From Bacteroidia bacterium (GTDB taxonomy: Bacteria > Bacteroidota > Bacteroidia > UKL13-3), in the NCBI GenBank assembly GCA_021740845.1, contig JAIOYZ010000001.1:147246-211245 (forward strand): a stretch of 64,000 nt of DNA, read 5' to 3'. The position numbers were made by a program, and so were the translations under genes. This document shows, piece by piece, positions 1 to 11,900 of the stretch (position 1 is its first letter; every line of letters starts with the position of its first letter). Under the pieces are notes generated by a model, which had not been told where the DNA came from, did not search any database, and worked only from the letters and a program-made list of their open reading frames with translations.

Positions 1-1
1 T

Positions 2-1174
2 CTTCCTTCCTCTAAAAAAGAGCAAATCACTCCCAAAGGTTATAAAATTATAGATGCAAAAGGGCAATTATTAATGCCTGGTCTTGTAGACATGCGTGCA
101 GATTTTTGCGACCCAGGGAATGAACAAAAAGAAAGTCTTCAAACTGGCGCAAATGCAGCCCTTCATGGTGGTTTTACCAATGTGGTTCTTTTGCCTGCCA
201 CACTTCCTGTTAGAGATTCAAAAATTGGTATAGAATACGTTTTGAACCAATCTCAAAAATTACCAATTCATGTGCATGCATACGGTTGTTTAAGTCATAA
301 CCGCGATGGCAAGGAAATGGCAGAATTATACGATATGAGTTTGGCTGGAGCACTTGGTTTTACTGATGGAAACCGCTCAATTGCAAATTCAGGTTTGCTC
401 ATGCGTTCTTTGTTGTATACCAAAATATTTAATGGACTAAATTTAGTTTTGGCCAACGATGCCTATTTAAGTGAAGGCGGCAGAATGCACGAAGGAAATG
501 TGAGCACGCTTTTAGGCTTAAAAGGAATTCCTTCCTTGGCAGAGAATACCATGGTTCAACGCGATATTGAATTGGTAAAATATTCGGGTGGGAAATTGCA
601 TTTCTCAGCAATCACTACAAAAGAATCTGTGGAGTTAATTCGTAAAGCAAAAAAACAAGGTCTACCAATAACCTGCGATGTAGCTTTTGCCAATCTTTGT
701 TTTACCCACGAAAACCTTGCTGAATACGATTCTAATTTTAAACTTCAACCTCCTTTGCGTTCAAAAAATGATCAAAAGGCTTTATGGGATGGAGTGCAAG
801 ATGGTACCATTGATGCAATTGTTAGTAATCACCATCCACAAAACAAAGAAAGTAAGGAGGTAGAATTTGAATATGCCTTGCCAGGAATGATTACCCTACA
901 AACTTTATTGCCTTATTTACTTTCTAACAAACCAAATACAGTTAGCACCGACAAAGTTATTGAAGCCTTGAGCGCCAACCCTAGAGAAATTTTGGGTTTA
1001 CCTTTACTTTCAATAGAAGAAGCTGCCGATGCAAATTTTATATTGTACCAAGAAGATAAAACTTGGGTTTATTCTAAAAATTATTCCCGTTCAGAAAACT
1101 CTCCGTTATTAGGTAAAACCCTAACTGGAGCTATAACACACGTGGTTTGCAAAGACCAATTACACCAATTCTAA
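2..1174 (+). CDS. Dihydroorotase-like amidohydrolase, 5' partial (frame is open to position 2). Metal-binding HxH is replaced by RAD and DHAPH by NHHPQ, so it is probably a non-catalytic PyrC-prime-type paralogue.
   Basis: Translation aligns along its length to class I dihydroorotase (PGLVD..PG, FTDG, TIDAIVSNHHP). The ORF continues upstream of the window start. Confidence 0.75.
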   Translation, partial: LPSSKKEQITPKGYKIIDAKGQLLMPGLVDMRADFCDPGNEQKESLQTGANAALHGGFTNVVLLPATLPVRDSKIGIEYVLNQSQKLPIHVHAYGCLSHNRDGKEMAELYDMSLAGALGFTDGNRSIANSGLLMRSLLYTKIFNGLNLVLANDAYLSEGGRMHEGNVSTLLGLKGIPSLAENTMVQRDIELVKYSGGKLHFSAITTKESVELIRKAKKQGLPITCDVAFANLCFTHENLAEYDSNFKLQPPLRSKNDQKALWDGVQDGTIDAIVSNHHPQNKESKEVEFEYALPGMITLQTLLPYLLSNKPNTVSTDKVIEALSANPREILGLPLLSIEEAADANFILYQEDKTWVYSKNYSRSENSPLLGKTLTGAITHVVCKDQLHQF

Positions 1175-1845
1175 TGTTAACACCCAACCCATCACATATT
1201 GCCGTAGAGGCCAGTTTAGAAGCCATGTTAACGGCTTATTTTCCAAATACAGAGGTTAAATCTGTTGCCACAGAAATGTCTGCTTTTCTCTTTGATGAAG
1301 AAAGCGATTTCTTAACTAGAAGCCAAAAATTAGATTCTTGGTTGAACCTAAATCCAAAAATGGAAGAATTAGGTGATATCCTTTTCGATTTATTAATGGT
1401 GCAGTTTCTATCTGCAGAAGTTCATGAAGAAGATTATTTTGATTCTGATGAATGGAATGAAATAGAAAACAAAACTTTGGATAGAGGTTCAGAAATGTTG
1501 AACCTGTTTTTATATATTAGTGAGGCTAAAGAAGAAGAAGTTGAAATCTCATTAGATGATTTCTTAAATGAATTTTTATTGGTTGGCGAAGATGAGTTTC
1601 AAGATGAATATAGAATCTATGAAAGTCTAATTGTTAATGAAGATATTTTAGATGCCGATATGGATGCACTAAGAGAAATTCAAAAATCTGTAAAAGAAGA
1701 AACGTATTTAAAAGAGTATTTTGTGTCGTTGGTACTTTTCTTCCAACACGTAGAAGAAGGCATACCTGAAACCGATTTAAACAAATCTCTTTCGCCTTTT
1801 GAATTGGCAATTTTTAATACTATGTTAGCTTATTATAACAATTAA
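1174..1845 (+). CDS. Hypothetical highly acidic (D/E-rich) protein.
   Basis: Long ORF whose start overlaps the upstream stop (TAATG). No recognisable domain; start chosen at the ATG overlapping the upstream stop. Confidence 0.5.
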   Translation: MLTPNPSHIAVEASLEAMLTAYFPNTEVKSVATEMSAFLFDEESDFLTRSQKLDSWLNLNPKMEELGDILFDLLMVQFLSAEVHEEDYFDSDEWNEIENKTLDRGSEMLNLFLYISEAKEEEVEISLDDFLNEFLLVGEDEFQDEYRIYESLIVNEDILDADMDALREIQKSVKEETYLKEYFVSLVLFFQHVEEGIPETDLNKSLSPFELAIFNTMLAYYNN

Positions 1846-1866
1846 AAATAAATAGAAATTCTACCT

Positions 1867-2415
1867 ATGGAACCACAACTACAAACCAACAAATGGCAAA
1901 TAATAACTAAGTTTAGTCTTATTTATTCTCTATTAGTTATTGCTTTAAATTTAATTTTATACATATTAGGTTTAGCTACCAAAATGAATTGGTTTAGTAC
2001 CATTATCATGCTAATAGCAGTTTTGGGCTCCATTTATTTTGGCATTATATCCAGAAGAAATAATACCCTTGGTGGTTATATTTCCTATGGTCAAGGGGTT
2101 GGCACAGGAATGCTAATTACCATTTTTGCTTCTGTTATTATTACCATTTACTCTTTTATTTTCATGAATTATATTGATCCTGATATGATGGAAAATATTA
2201 TTACCGAAACTAAAAAGAAAATGATTGAGGATGGTACTAGTGAAGAGGCAATCGAAGCATCGGTAGGTATGATGAGAAAAATGCAATCACCAACCACTAT
2301 GGCTATTTTTGGTTTTATTGGGCAAATGTTTTACGGCCTTATAGCTTCATTAATTGTGGCTGCTTTTACTAAAAAAGAAGATCCAGATTCTTCTTATAAA
2401 TCTTTAGATAATTAA
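1867..2415 (+). CDS. DUF4199-family small integral membrane protein.
   Basis: Four to five hydrophobic helices. Composition and position upstream of a GT2 gene match the conserved Bacteroidota arrangement. Confidence 0.65.
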   Translation: MEPQLQTNKWQIITKFSLIYSLLVIALNLILYILGLATKMNWFSTIIMLIAVLGSIYFGIISRRNNTLGGYISYGQGVGTGMLITIFASVIITIYSFIFMNYIDPDMMENIITETKKKMIEDGTSEEAIEASVGMMRKMQSPTTMAIFGFIGQMFYGLIASLIVAAFTKKEDPDSSYKSLDN

Positions 2416-2417
2416 GA

Positions 2418-3398
2418 ATGTTTGAACCTAAATTAGATATTTCTGTACTGATACCTTTCTTTAATGAAGAAGAATCCATTCCCGAATTATTGGCATGGAT
2501 TGAACGCATTATGGAAGAAAATAAATTCTCCTACGAAATTGTTTTAGTAGACGATGGAAGCAAAGACAATTCTTGGAAATTAGTGGAGGAAAATAGAATT
2601 AGGAATGCAAATATTAAGGCAATAAAATTTCGTCGTAACCACGGTAAATCCGCTGCTTTAAATGTTGGCTTTCATGCAGTTTCTGGGGATGTAGTAATTA
2701 CCATGGATGCAGATATGCAAGATAGTCCGGATGAAATTCCTGCACTTTACCAAATGGTAATGAAAGATGGTTATGATCTAGTGAGTGGTTGGAAAAAGAA
2801 ACGGTTTGATCCTATTTCTAAAACAATTCCTACCAAGTTTTTTAATGCTGCTACCCGCCAAATTTCTGGCATTCAATTACACGATTTCAATTGCGGTCTT
2901 AAAGCATATAAATTAGAAGTTGTTAAATCAATTGAGGTGTACAACGAAATGCACCGCTATATTCCAGTTATTGCCAAATGGGCTGGTTTTACCAATATCA
3001 CAGAAAAAGTAGTACAACACAGAGCGCGTAAATATGGTACCACCAAATTTGGTGGAATCTCTAGATTTATCAATGGCTTTTTGGATTTATTAACTATATT
3101 TTTTGTTTCAAAATTTGGCAAAAGACCCATGCACTTTTTTGGCGTTTGGGGAACGGTTATGTTCTTGTTTGGTTTCTTGGGTGCCCTTTACATTGGGCTA
3201 GAAAAAATTTACCTTGTTTATAAAGGCGATCATATAGAAAGAAATATAACAGACCAACCTTTGTTCTTTTTGTGTTTGGTAGCTCTAATTGTAGGTTCAC
3301 AGTTATTCTTGGCAGGCTTTATTGGAGAAATGATTTCAAGAAATGCCACAGAAAGAAATGTGTATGGTATAACCAAACGTTTAGGCTTGGATGAATAA
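2418..3398 (+). CDS. GT2 polyprenol-phosphate glycosyltransferase (dolichol-P-mannose synthase / ArnC-like) with C-terminal TM helices.
   Basis: VLIPFFNEEESIP, VLVDDGSKDNS and DADMQD motifs, followed by a hydrophobic C-terminal tail. Confidence 0.85.
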   Translation: MFEPKLDISVLIPFFNEEESIPELLAWIERIMEENKFSYEIVLVDDGSKDNSWKLVEENRIRNANIKAIKFRRNHGKSAALNVGFHAVSGDVVITMDADMQDSPDEIPALYQMVMKDGYDLVSGWKKKRFDPISKTIPTKFFNAATRQISGIQLHDFNCGLKAYKLEVVKSIEVYNEMHRYIPVIAKWAGFTNITEKVVQHRARKYGTTKFGGISRFINGFLDLLTIFFVSKFGKRPMHFFGVWGTVMFLFGFLGALYIGLEKIYLVYKGDHIERNITDQPLFFLCLVALIVGSQLFLAGFIGEMISRNATERNVYGITKRLGLDE

Positions 3399-4515
3399 AA
3401 TGAAGGTCCTTATTGTTGGTCCTGCCCACCCTTTGCGCGGTGGTTTAGCAACCTACGATGAACGTTTGTGCAAAGAGTTTATAGACCTCGGCCATTCCTG
3501 CGAGATTTTGAGTTTCTCCCTTCAATATCCTTCCATTCTTTTTCCAGGTAAAACTCAGTTTTCGTCTGATCCAAAACCACAGAATCTAATCATTCATTCT
3601 GATATCAATTCCGTTAACCCAATCAACTGGATTTTGGTTGGAAATAAATTTGCCAAGCAAAAATACGATTTGGTTATCTTCAGATATTGGATGAGTTTTA
3701 TGGCTCCTTCATTTGGTACCATAGCCAGAAAATTAAGGAAATCTGGAGCAAAAGTTATTGCAATAACAGACAATATTGTTCCTCACGAAAAACGTTTTTT
3801 TGATAAGGTATTTACTAACTATTTTCTTAATTCATGCGATGCCTTTTTAAGCATGTCAAAAGAAGTGCAGCAGCAAGCGCAGGCACTTCAACCAGATAAA
3901 AAAGTGGCTTATGTGGCGCATCCCATGTACGATATGTTTGGTTCAGCCCAAATAAAAAGTGAAGCAAAAGAAAAGTTACGGCTTGAACCAAACACAAATT
4001 ACCTTTTGTTTTTTGGCTTTATTAGAAAATATAAAGGACTAAGTTTACTATTAGATAGTTTTGCCTTGGTTGATAGAAAGGCCTTACACCTAAAACTTAT
4101 TATTGCAGGCGAATTTTACGAAGATGCAGCTCCTTATATGGCTCAAATAGAAACTCTCGGGTTGCAAGATGATGTTGTTTTAAGAACAGATTTTATTCCC
4201 AATCCAGAAGTGTCTACCTATTTTTCGGCCTCCGATTTAGTGGTTCAAACCTATTTAAATGCTACTCAAAGTGGCGTTACACAAATAGCTTATTACTACA
4301 ATAAACCTATGCTGGTAACCAATGTGGGTGGCTTGGCAGAATTGGTGCCACATAATAAAGTAGGATATGTTTGCGAATTAAACCCTCAAACCATTGCTGG
4401 GCATATTCAAGATTTTTATGCAAATAAACGCGAGCAAGAATTTTCAAACAATGCTGAGTTAGAGAAACAAAAATTCACCTGGTTGTATTTAGTAGAGCAA
4501 ATTTGTAGCTTATAA
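3391..4515 (+). CDS. GT4 (group 1) glycosyltransferase.
   Basis: GT-B fold signature (E..GLSLLE-like, TNVGGLAELV). Overlaps the GT2 stop by 8 nt, suggesting an operon. Confidence 0.8.
   Translation: MNKMKVLIVGPAHPLRGGLATYDERLCKEFIDLGHSCEILSFSLQYPSILFPGKTQFSSDPKPQNLIIHSDINSVNPINWILVGNKFAKQKYDLVIFRYWMSFMAPSFGTIARKLRKSGAKVIAITDNIVPHEKRFFDKVFTNYFLNSCDAFLSMSKEVQQQAQALQPDKKVAYVAHPMYDMFGSAQIKSEAKEKLRLEPNTNYLLFFGFIRKYKGLSLLLDSFALVDRKALHLKLIIAGEFYEDAAPYMAQIETLGLQDDVVLRTDFIPNPEVSTYFSASDLVVQTYLNATQSGVTQIAYYYNKPMLVTNVGGLAELVPHNKVGYVCELNPQTIAGHIQDFYANKREQEFSNNAELEKQKFTWLYLVEQICSL
4242..4251 (+). repeat. GGTTCAAACC motif copy (in the GT4 CDS, encoding VQT).
   Basis: Exact 10-mer. Confidence 0.9.
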
Positions 4516-4572
4516 ATCAATTAAAATTCCGACAAGTTTTTAGATTCAACAATTTTAAATATACTTGTCGCT

Positions 4573-5649
4573 ATGGAAAAAATCTACCTCAGCTTTAATC
4601 TTGAGCCAAAAAAGTTAATCAAAGTTTGGTTCTTATTTGTAGGCTTAATAATTGCTCCTTATGTTTTGCAATATGTTGCCTATACTTCAGGAGATGCTGA
4701 AAACTATCCAGTTCAAAGAGAGTTTTATTTAATAAGTTATTTGTATGCAATTCTTGTTGCCTTAGGATATGCCTTATTTTATTTCAAGTTTGCCACCATC
4801 CTTATTAATAGAATTGGTTACAAAGATACTAACCTTGAATTTACTGAAAATTTCTTTAGTTATTTTGTACTTATGATTGGTGGCATTTTATTATGTATTG
4901 TCACTTTGGGTTTTTATGTGCCTTGGTTTATTGCTAGTATAAATAGATTCTTTACAGATTATACCCGATACAAAGAAGATTATTTTGAGTTCAATGGAAA
5001 AGGGTCTTCCCTGTTTAAAATATTTCTACTTTGGATTGTAATTCCATTGGTATTAATAATTACTTTCTTCTCAGTTGTTTTTGCTGCCTCAGGTATGGCT
5101 GGTGGGCCTGCAAAACCCCAGATGCTAGGACAATATGCCTTTATTTTTCAGGTTGTTTTTCAAATTGCTTTTTATTTTATAACCATTCCCTTTTTCTTCC
5201 TTTCCTTTAAATGGAGAGTTAATACCAAGTTCAAAGATTTTCAATTTGAAATGGATCCCCCTTTCTTTAACACAATTGGTTTTATAGCCTTACAATTAAC
5301 TTTAAGTGTTATAACACTTGGTATTTATTTGCCTATTGCTTTTGTTAATTCTTATCATTTTGTTTTGAACCAAATAAAAGGAGTAGGAGAGGAGAGAACT
5401 CTTCACCTTAACTATGAAAAGGAAACAAAAAAAGATTTCCTTTTTATTTGGGGGCAATTTCTTTTGGTGATTCTTACCATCGGATTTTATTATCCTTGGG
5501 CCTTTAAAAAAATGGGGACTTATATCTTGTCTAAAACCTCCTTGCAATTTATTTCCAAACCTTCCCAAACCATTGCCATTGGAGAATTGCCAAATGCTCA
5601 ACTTTTTAGTCAGGCTTTAGCGGATCATTCCAATGAAACCGTAGATTAA
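4573..5649 (+). CDS. DUF898 (YjgN)-like multi-pass membrane protein with internal repeats.
   Basis: Repeated GFYxPW..K hydrophobic modules; at least 8 predicted TM helices. Confidence 0.55.
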   Translation: MEKIYLSFNLEPKKLIKVWFLFVGLIIAPYVLQYVAYTSGDAENYPVQREFYLISYLYAILVALGYALFYFKFATILINRIGYKDTNLEFTENFFSYFVLMIGGILLCIVTLGFYVPWFIASINRFFTDYTRYKEDYFEFNGKGSSLFKIFLLWIVIPLVLIITFFSVVFAASGMAGGPAKPQMLGQYAFIFQVVFQIAFYFITIPFFFLSFKWRVNTKFKDFQFEMDPPFFNTIGFIALQLTLSVITLGIYLPIAFVNSYHFVLNQIKGVGEERTLHLNYEKETKKDFLFIWGQFLLVILTIGFYYPWAFKKMGTYILSKTSLQFISKPSQTIAIGELPNAQLFSQALADHSNETVD

Positions 5650-5688
5650 TTCAATTTTAGAATTGATTTTTTTTTACTTAATCCTTTT

Positions 5689-5698
5689 GGTTCAAACC
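5689..5698 (+). repeat. GGTTCAAACC motif copy (intergenic; extended TTGGTTCAAACCGA).
   Basis: Exact 10-mer. Confidence 0.9.
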
Positions 5699-5969
5699 GA
5701 TTTTATGAATTCTTAGATTAAAGTTGGATTAATTAATTTTTTCTTAAAAAAAAACAATTTGCTCTTTAGTTGGATGCATTTTTAGATTTTACTTGGAATG
5801 CGACAATTAATTGCATTACTTTAAATTTACAAAAATATATGAACCCTTTGGAAAAGGTTTAATTTTTAAGAAAACTGTTCTTTTTATTGTTTCAAATTAA
5901 TTATCTATTATGAAAAAAAATGTACTTGTTTCATTTGCAGAGACGGCACCTCCTTCTGCAAGTCCTTCA

Positions 5970-8900
5970 ATGTTCGGTTCCCAAATTTCTCCCCATTCAA
6001 GGCGAAAATCGTCCTTGTTTTTTGGTATTTTCTTTTCTTTGATTTTTCTATTTATTTCTCAGGCAAAATCGCAATGTTATGCCCCTCCCAATTATTGCAC
6101 CGCTATAACTGCAGCCAATAACGCCAATTATGGTATGGGTATACAAAATGTAACCTTGTATACATCTGCAATTCCATCCCAAATCAACAACAATTCTACA
6201 GCAGGAACTGGAACTCAAATTTATTTTGATTATACCTCGCAAATTGTAAGAGCAGGTGCTGGCGATTCTGTTTATTTCTCAGTAAAGGGTGGTAGCAGTA
6301 ACCAAACCATTTTTAGAATTTATATTGATTATAATAACGATGGTACATTTGCAACTACTGCCCCAGAATTGGTATTTACTTCTCCTAATTTAACTGTGGT
6401 AAACACCGTTGTTAACGGTAGTTTTATTTTGCCTACTACATTAACTTCTGGCCCATATAGAGTTCGTGTTGCAAGTGACGGTCAAGGAATTATTCCTCAA
6501 CCATGTGGTCCTATAACTTATTCGGCAGAGTATGAAGATTATACCTTAATGGTACCTTCTTCCAATCCAGATTTGATTTCTGGAGCAATCACCTCGCCAT
6601 CTTCGGCAATTGTTGGTAACAATACAGTGGCCTTTAATTTTACCAATATTTCAACTACTACAATTACCAGTGTAGATGTTTCTTATCAATTGGATAATAA
6701 TACACCAGTTACCCAATCCTTGTCTTCTATTTCTATTTTACCTGGAGCAACTTATACTGCAACTTTTTCTACTCAGGTTGCCCTTCCTTCAACTGGTACA
6801 TTTAATTTAAGAGCATGGACAGACAATCCTAATTATTTAGGAAACAATACTCCCGGTAATGATACAATATGTAAGAACATTGTAACCTATTGTTCGGGTC
6901 CTTTATCTGGTACTTATACTATTAATCCTACTGGAAGTGGAACTACCAATTATAAATCCTTTGGAGGAATAGATTCTGCCATGGCATCTTGTGGTGTTTC
7001 TGGTGCAGTAACCGTTAATGTTACCCCAGGAATTTACAATGAAAACTTGATTTTTACAGCAATTCCTGGAGCTTCGGCTACCAATAATATTACCTTTAAT
7101 GGTAATGGAAGTAGCTTATTGTTTAATTGCTCTGCTTCAGATATTGCATTGGTTCGTTTTCAAGGTGCAAAACACATTACTATTGATAGTTTAACTTTAA
7201 AAACCACTAATGCAACTTATGGTTGGGGTGTGCATTTTTACCAAAACTCAGATTCCAATACTGTTAAAAATTGTATAATTGATATTAGTACAGTTACATC
7301 TTCTACCGCAGCAAATTCTGCAGGGGTGATATTTTCAAATAGTTTAACTAGTCCAACCACAACTGGTAATACTTGTGTAGGCAATACCATTGAAAATAAC
7401 TATATCAAAGGAAATCCAACTTCTTATGGTTTGTATTATGGAATTGTTGGTTGTCCTTCAACTTCATCTACTACTTATACTGGAAATAAATTCTTAAGGA
7501 ATAGAATTGAAAACTTTTATATTTATGGTATTTATTGGTCGTATGGTAACAGAACCGTTTTTAGAGGCAATACCATAACTCGCCCTTCAAAAACTTTGGT
7601 TTCTACAACCTATGCATTTTATTTATCTAGTGCCTCAAGATCAGATACTGTAGATGCCAATATTATTACAAACTTATTCGGTGGTGCCCCAACAAGTACT
7701 GGTACTACCTACTTATTTTATGGAATAAATAGGTCGGGTTCTTCAACTGAACCTAATATTTTTACCAATAATTTGGCCTATAACATGAATGGCGAAGGAG
7801 CTCATTATGGCTTCTATTTCCTTACTAGTTACAATAACCACCTATATAACAATACCTTGTTATTTGACAATGCTTCATCAGCAAGTGCTAATGTAACTTA
7901 TGGTTTATATTTTACAGGTGGCACCTCGGCTTCTAGTACTTTGAATTGTAGAAATAATATTTTTTCTATTACTCGCGGTGGTGCAGGTAGTAAATATGGC
8001 ATTTATACAAATGGCGCTTGGACAACTGGCGCTACAGTTAATAAAAATGCTTATTACGGGATTGGTGCCAATTACAATATGGGATACTATGTTGGAACAA
8101 CCTATTCTACCTTGGCAAATTGGAAAACTAGCCTTACCACATTAGATCAACAAAGTATTGATTATGCTCCAAATTTTGTAAACCCAGCTACTGGGAATTT
8201 CTCTCCAAGAGATGGTGCTTACGATGGTGCAGGAGATAATGTAATTACAATTGTACCAAGAGATATTACTGGTGCTACAAGGTCTTTACCAATGGATATT
8301 GGTGCCTTTGAAGCTAGTCCAATTGGTTTAGATGCTGCTATGAGTGAAGTAACAATGCCTGTCGCTCCCTATATTGCTGGTAGCAAAAGTTTTTCTGCGA
8401 AAATTAGAAATGCAGGTACCACAACAATAACTTCTGCAACTATTAATTGGAGTATCAATGGTGTCACGCAAACTCCTGTTTCCTATACGGGTACTTTAAC
8501 TGGCGGTTCGGTTAGTTCAAGTATTTCATTAGGTACATATACTATTGCAGGTAATACTCTATATGATATTCAAGTTTGGGTGAGCAATCCAAATAGCTCC
8601 ACAGACCCTAATCCAGATAACAACCAAATTGGTGGCTTAACTGCTGCTCAGGTTTCTGGTATCCTTACCATTAATTCTGCAGGTTCTGGAGCTGGTGTAT
8701 TCACTACCTTTAAAGGATTTACAGATTTAATTAGTATTGGTGGTTTAGGAGGTGCTGTAACGGCAAATGTAACAGTTGGTAGCGGACCGTATACAGAGCA
8801 AGTGTTTTTAGGAGTTGTTCCTGGTGCAAGTGCCACCAATACCATTACCATCAATGGAAATGGTGAAACACTTCAATTTAACAATGTAAACTCGGGAAGC

Positions 8901-11900
8901 ATTGGTATCTTTAATTTAATTGGTACCGATTACTGTTCTTTATCAAATTTGTATATTAAGAGTTTAAATACTACTTATGGTATTGGTATTATTTTAAGTG
9001 CAGGTGCTACTTATAATACTATTCAAAATTGTACCATTAATATAAGTTCAATTTCTAGTTCATCCTATTCTGCTGGTATTGCCTTTACAGCATCTCAAAG
9101 TAATGCTACAACTGCTGGCTTAAATGGTACCAACAATTTAATTGAAGGGAATTCAATTATTGGAAATAGTACTGGTGGTCCTTATTATGGAATTTCCTAT
9201 TTGCCTACAAATACTAGTAATGCTGCCAATACTGGAAATATCATAAGAAACAATGAAATTAAGGACTTTTACTATTATGGAATTTACATGAGTTATAGCG
9301 CAGGTACTATTGTTACAGGTAATGTAATTTCCAGGCCAACTAAAGCTTCTCCAACCACTTTTATGGGTATTTATGCTTCCAACGGCTTGGCTCAAGATAC
9401 CTTTGAAAACAATATTATCAAACAACCGTTTGCTGGATTAACTACGACTACAGGAACATTTTATGGAATTTATTTTGCTTCCGGAAATGTACCAGCTGCA
9501 AGGCCTGTAATTGTTCGAAATAATCAGATATATGATATTGTTTCAAATGGTGCAATTTATGGAGTTTATAAATCTACTACTGCCAATATTCGTTTTTATA
9601 ACAATACCATTGTAGTAGACCATCCATCAAGTACTTCAACGGGTCTTACCTATTTATTTTATAGTACAAGTACGTTTTCTACCACCACGGTAAGAAATAA
9701 TATTTTCTATTTGAACCGAGGTGGCTCAGGTGCAAAATACATTTATTATTTAAATACAACTGGAACCGGTTATGTTATTAATAACAATGATGTTAAACTA
9801 TATACTTCAGGAAGTAATAATAATGTCGGTTATTATGGTGGTGCCTTTACTACTTTCGCAAGCTGGCAAACCGCTAATTCAGGTGCATTTGATCAAAATA
9901 GTGTAACTGCAGACCCTTATTTTAGATTGTATGTTGGTTCCGAATTTTACCAACCTGGTTCTGATTCATTAAATAATATTGGATTTTCTACACCAGACGT
10001 CCCACGGGATATTACAGGAGCTTTGAGAAGTTCTACACCCGATCTTGGAGTTTATGAATTTAGTGTACCAGCAGTAGATGCTGGGTTAACTCGCGTGGTT
10101 ACTCCAATTAGCCCATTATCACTTGGTGGTCAAAACATAGATGTAATGGTTAAAAGTTTTGGCCCAACGGCCTTAACTAGCACCAATATAGGTTGGGAAA
10201 TGAATGGTGTTTCTCAAACTCCTGCTACTTGGTACGGATATTTAGGTAATGGAGATAGTTCTTCATTTAATTTGGCTTATTACAGTTTTACCAATCCTGG
10301 TTTTTACAGAATTAAAGCTTGGACCTATGCTCCTAATGGGTTAACAGATAGTTTAAATATGAATGATACTATTAATGTTACCTTATGTACCGCATTAAAT
10401 GGTGATTATACTGTTAATCCTGCTTTGCCTGCTACAGATACCAACTTTGTTAGCTTGAAAACCTTCCTTGAAACAGTGCAACTTTGCGGCGTAGCTGGCC
10501 CAGTAAAAGTAGCAGTTTCTCCTGGTTCATATAATGGTTCAATTGCATTATTTGCCGGTATTTCAGGTATTTCTGCTACTAACAATATCGAAATTATAGG
10601 AGCAGATTCTGCAACAACCAAAATTATACACGATGGTTCTGGTCAACGCGCCACAATTTTAATGAGCGGTGCTAAACATTTTACCTTTAGAAATCTTACT
10701 ATTGAAAATACTGCAATTGTAGGTGGTTCTGGTGGATTTGGTGTATTGTTCACCAATGCAGCGGATAGTAATAGATTAGTTGGTTGTAATATTAAAGTGG
10801 CAACATTAACTGCAGGTTATAGCACTTTTGTACCAGTTCTTTCAACCGCAAACGTATTAAGTGCCAATACTGCAGGTAACAACGCCAACTACCTTACTAT
10901 TGATAGTTGTACCATGATTGGGGGATATTATGGAGTGTCCTTATACAATAACTCAACTGCTAAATCAGAAGGAAATAAAATAAGAGATAGCAGAGTATTG
11001 CAAGCTTATTATGCAGGGATTTATTCTTTCTGGCAAAATAAAATTGTAATCCACCGCAATAAAATTACCAATACAGGTAACAATACCAATACGTCTTCAT
11101 TTGGTATGTACATATACCAATGCGATAATGGAATAAACGTAACCAAAAATGAAGTTACGGGTCAATTAGGTGGTTATGGTACTTATTTGTACCAAAACTT
11201 TGGAACGTCCACCAATAGAAACATTTTTGCTAATAACATGATTCAATTAGGTTCTGCTAGTTACACTTCTTATGGTTTGTACGATGGTGGAAATGTGTAT
11301 TCAGATATTGCGCATAACTCCATTCACAATACCTCTGGAGATGCATCCTATGTTAGTTGTGGTTTGTATTTTAATTACTCCAACCCTTCAACCGGTAGCA
11401 ATGCAAGAATTGTTAACAATGTAATTAGTTCACCTAATGGTGCCATGGTAATTTATTGCCCTAATACAGCTTCATTGTCAACTAGTACCATGTTTATTGA
11501 TAACAATTCCTATTATTCTCCATCAACTTATCCATTCCGAATTGTCAATACCATTTACCAGGCTTTATTTAATTATAGACTAGCAATGGGGGCATTTGTT
11601 CCTGGAATAGATTCCAATAGTATTTGGGTTCAACCTTCGTTTTTCTCAACTACAAACCTACGTTCCATCACTCCTCAATTGGATAGTATGGGTTATGTTT
11701 TACCTACCGTTACAGATGATATCGATGGTAATCCAAGAAGTACAAATGCTCCTGATGCAGGTGTAAATGAGTTCTTCAGACCTGGTGAAGATGCTGGTGT
11801 AATTGCTATCCTTCAACCTACATTGCCAGTGGCAGTTGGTTCTACAGATGTTCAAGTGGTAATCAAGAATTTTGGTTTAAACACCATTACTAGTGTAGAT

